Part shown: in pieces, positions 62,585 to 64,000 of the stretch
Numbering within the stretch: position 1 is the stretch's first letter
Layout of the letters: each line of letters starts with the position of its first letter
Assembly: GCF_963506605.1 (NCBI RefSeq)
Contig: NC_083288.1
Location: 29,140,001-29,204,000, forward strand
Length of the DNA: 64,000 nucleotides
Source: Zootoca vivipara
Lineage: Eukaryota
Direction: 5' to 3'
The notes under the pieces: generated by a model
The model's input: only the letters and a program-made list of their open reading frames with translations
Told to the model about the DNA's origin: nothing
The model's database searches: none
Translations under genes and position numbers: made by a program

Positions 62585-63278
62585 TAATGACAGATAGCGT
62601 CTATCTAAAGCAGACACTTTTATAAAGTAATGAGAAGGGGGGGGTCCAAGTCTGTAATGATAAGCCCTGGTATAGTACAATATTTAAGCCAATAATAACA
62701 GTCAGAGAAAAGTGTTGGAGATTTTTCATTATTATATTTTTGGAATGATATGAAATAGTGCTGTCCAAAAGAAAAAAAAGTAAAAAAAAGTTTCCTCATC
62801 AATTGGGGGGGGGGAATGTATTTGACTTTTTTTTTAACGGCAGAAAAATTCAGTGAAATACAAATATCCACATATGCAGGGTTTCTGATGTGCTTACTTT
62901 ACGTTTGAAACAGTTGAAGTGGCTATTTGAAATTTGAGTTCTATGTACATTCTACAGAGCATTTTACCACTGGTCTGCACCCTTCATCCTTGCAAACTGC
63001 CAGAAATACCCACCATGAGTTAAAGCCTCAAGCTGAAATGATGAACAAATTCTCAGTTGCCCTGAATATGAAACAGAAAAATGTAACCATCTTTCTCTTG
63101 GGGGGGAGGGGGGAGGAAAGATTTTGGCCTACTACTAAACTGAATATTTGGAACACCCCACAGGCTTTAAAACAAAAACAGACATCTCAAGCCCTAGCTA
63201 TAGTGTTCCAAGCCCCCACATTCAATTTCCCAGCACTACTACAAGATAAATCCAAGGATTTGTTGGTATCAGTCTATT

Positions 63279-64000
63279 TCAGGACAACATTTTCTTCATC
63301 ATTCTCTTCTGTAACGCCCCCTTCACATCTTTGTTTCTGAGGGTGTAAATCAGTGGGTTCAACATAGGGGAGAGAATGTTATTAAAGAGGGCAATCATTC
63401 TATCCTTGTTAAGTGAGTAGCTGGAGAAGGGCCTGATATATTGAAAGATAGAGCCACCATAGAAGAGCAGGACAACAGTGAGATGAGAAGCACAAGTTGA
63501 AAAGGCTTTCCTCATCCCATCTGAAGAATGCATTTTCAGAACCCTCAAGATGATGTGACTATAGGAAAGAAGGACACACATGCCAGGTCCAAAGCCCATT
63601 ATGGGACTAGTAGAAAGCAGGGCAATAATACTGCTAGAGATGTCCCCACAGGAGATAGCTACAAGAGGAGAGATGTCACAGTAGAAGTAGTTGATCTTAT
63701 TCATACCACAAAGGGGCAGGCGGAATGTGATAAATGTGTGAATGGTGGTGTTGAGCGAACTTGTGAACCAAGAAGCTGACACCAGCTGGGCACAGAGTTT
63801 GTAATTCATGACCACATTATAGCGGAGAGGATTGCAGATGGCAACATAACGATCATAAGCCATGGCAGCCAACAGGAGGGTCTCAGTACCAATGAATAAA
63901 ATGAAGAAAAAGAGTTGCACCTTGCACCTTTCATATGAGATGGCATTTCTTCCTGAAATCAGGTGCACAATTATCTGTGGAATGGTGGTTGTAGTCTGGC
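63279..64000 (-). CDS. Olfactory receptor, 5'-partial at window edge (paralog of 58455-59390)
   Basis: Open frame with MAYDRY, KAFSTCASHL and PMLNPLIYTLRN; near-identical to the 58.5k copy. Confidence 0.93.
   Translation of the reverse strand, partial: QTTTTIPQIIVHLISGRNAISYERCKVQLFFFILFIGTETLLLAAMAYDRYVAICNPLRYNVVMNYKLCAQLVSASWFTSSLNTTIHTFITFRLPLCGMNKINYFYCDISPLVAISCGDISSSIIALLSTSPIMGFGPGMCVLLSYSHIILRVLKMHSSDGMRKAFSTCASHLTVVLLFYGGSIFQYIRPFSSYSLNKDRMIALFNNILSPMLNPLIYTLRNKDVKGALQKRMMKKMLS

Overview
Vertebrate genomic DNA from a squamate reptile. The Sauria SINEs, BovB, and lizard-type L2/CR1 and Penelope ends point to a lizard, possibly a lacertid (inference). The window is an olfactory receptor (OR) gene cluster with 11 single-exon OR coding regions. 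Seven are complete and intact, two are cut by the window edges, one has a single in-frame nonsense codon, and one has a +1 frameshift in a G homopolymer. There is also a roughly 50-bp orphan OR start stub. Three pairs of recent paralogs (22.9k/32.3k, 38.2k/44.3k, 58.5k/63.3k) sit in tandem segmental duplications. These let filled and empty transposon sites, and rearrangement junctions, be read directly. Intergenic DNA is dense with TEs: BovB, L1, L2, CR1, Penelope ends with a degenerate hammerhead ribozyme, Sauria SINEs, hAT and Tc1/mariner MITEs, and LTRs. There are five N-gaps. No novel protein-coding system was found. The most interesting signals are: (i) a family of ~750-800 bp promoter/polyA-bearing repeats bounded by TTT/AAA trinucleotides rather than TG..CA plus a TSD, resembling solo repeats of tyrosine-recombinase retroelements; (ii) paralogous ORs that are nearly identical except for dense short patches at TM6; (iii) several template-switch scars (a perfect 29-bp fold-back, a 31-bp templated copy, a deletion-inversion-deletion); and (iv) a 4-kb compound twin-primed L1 insertion. 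All alignments were done by eye.
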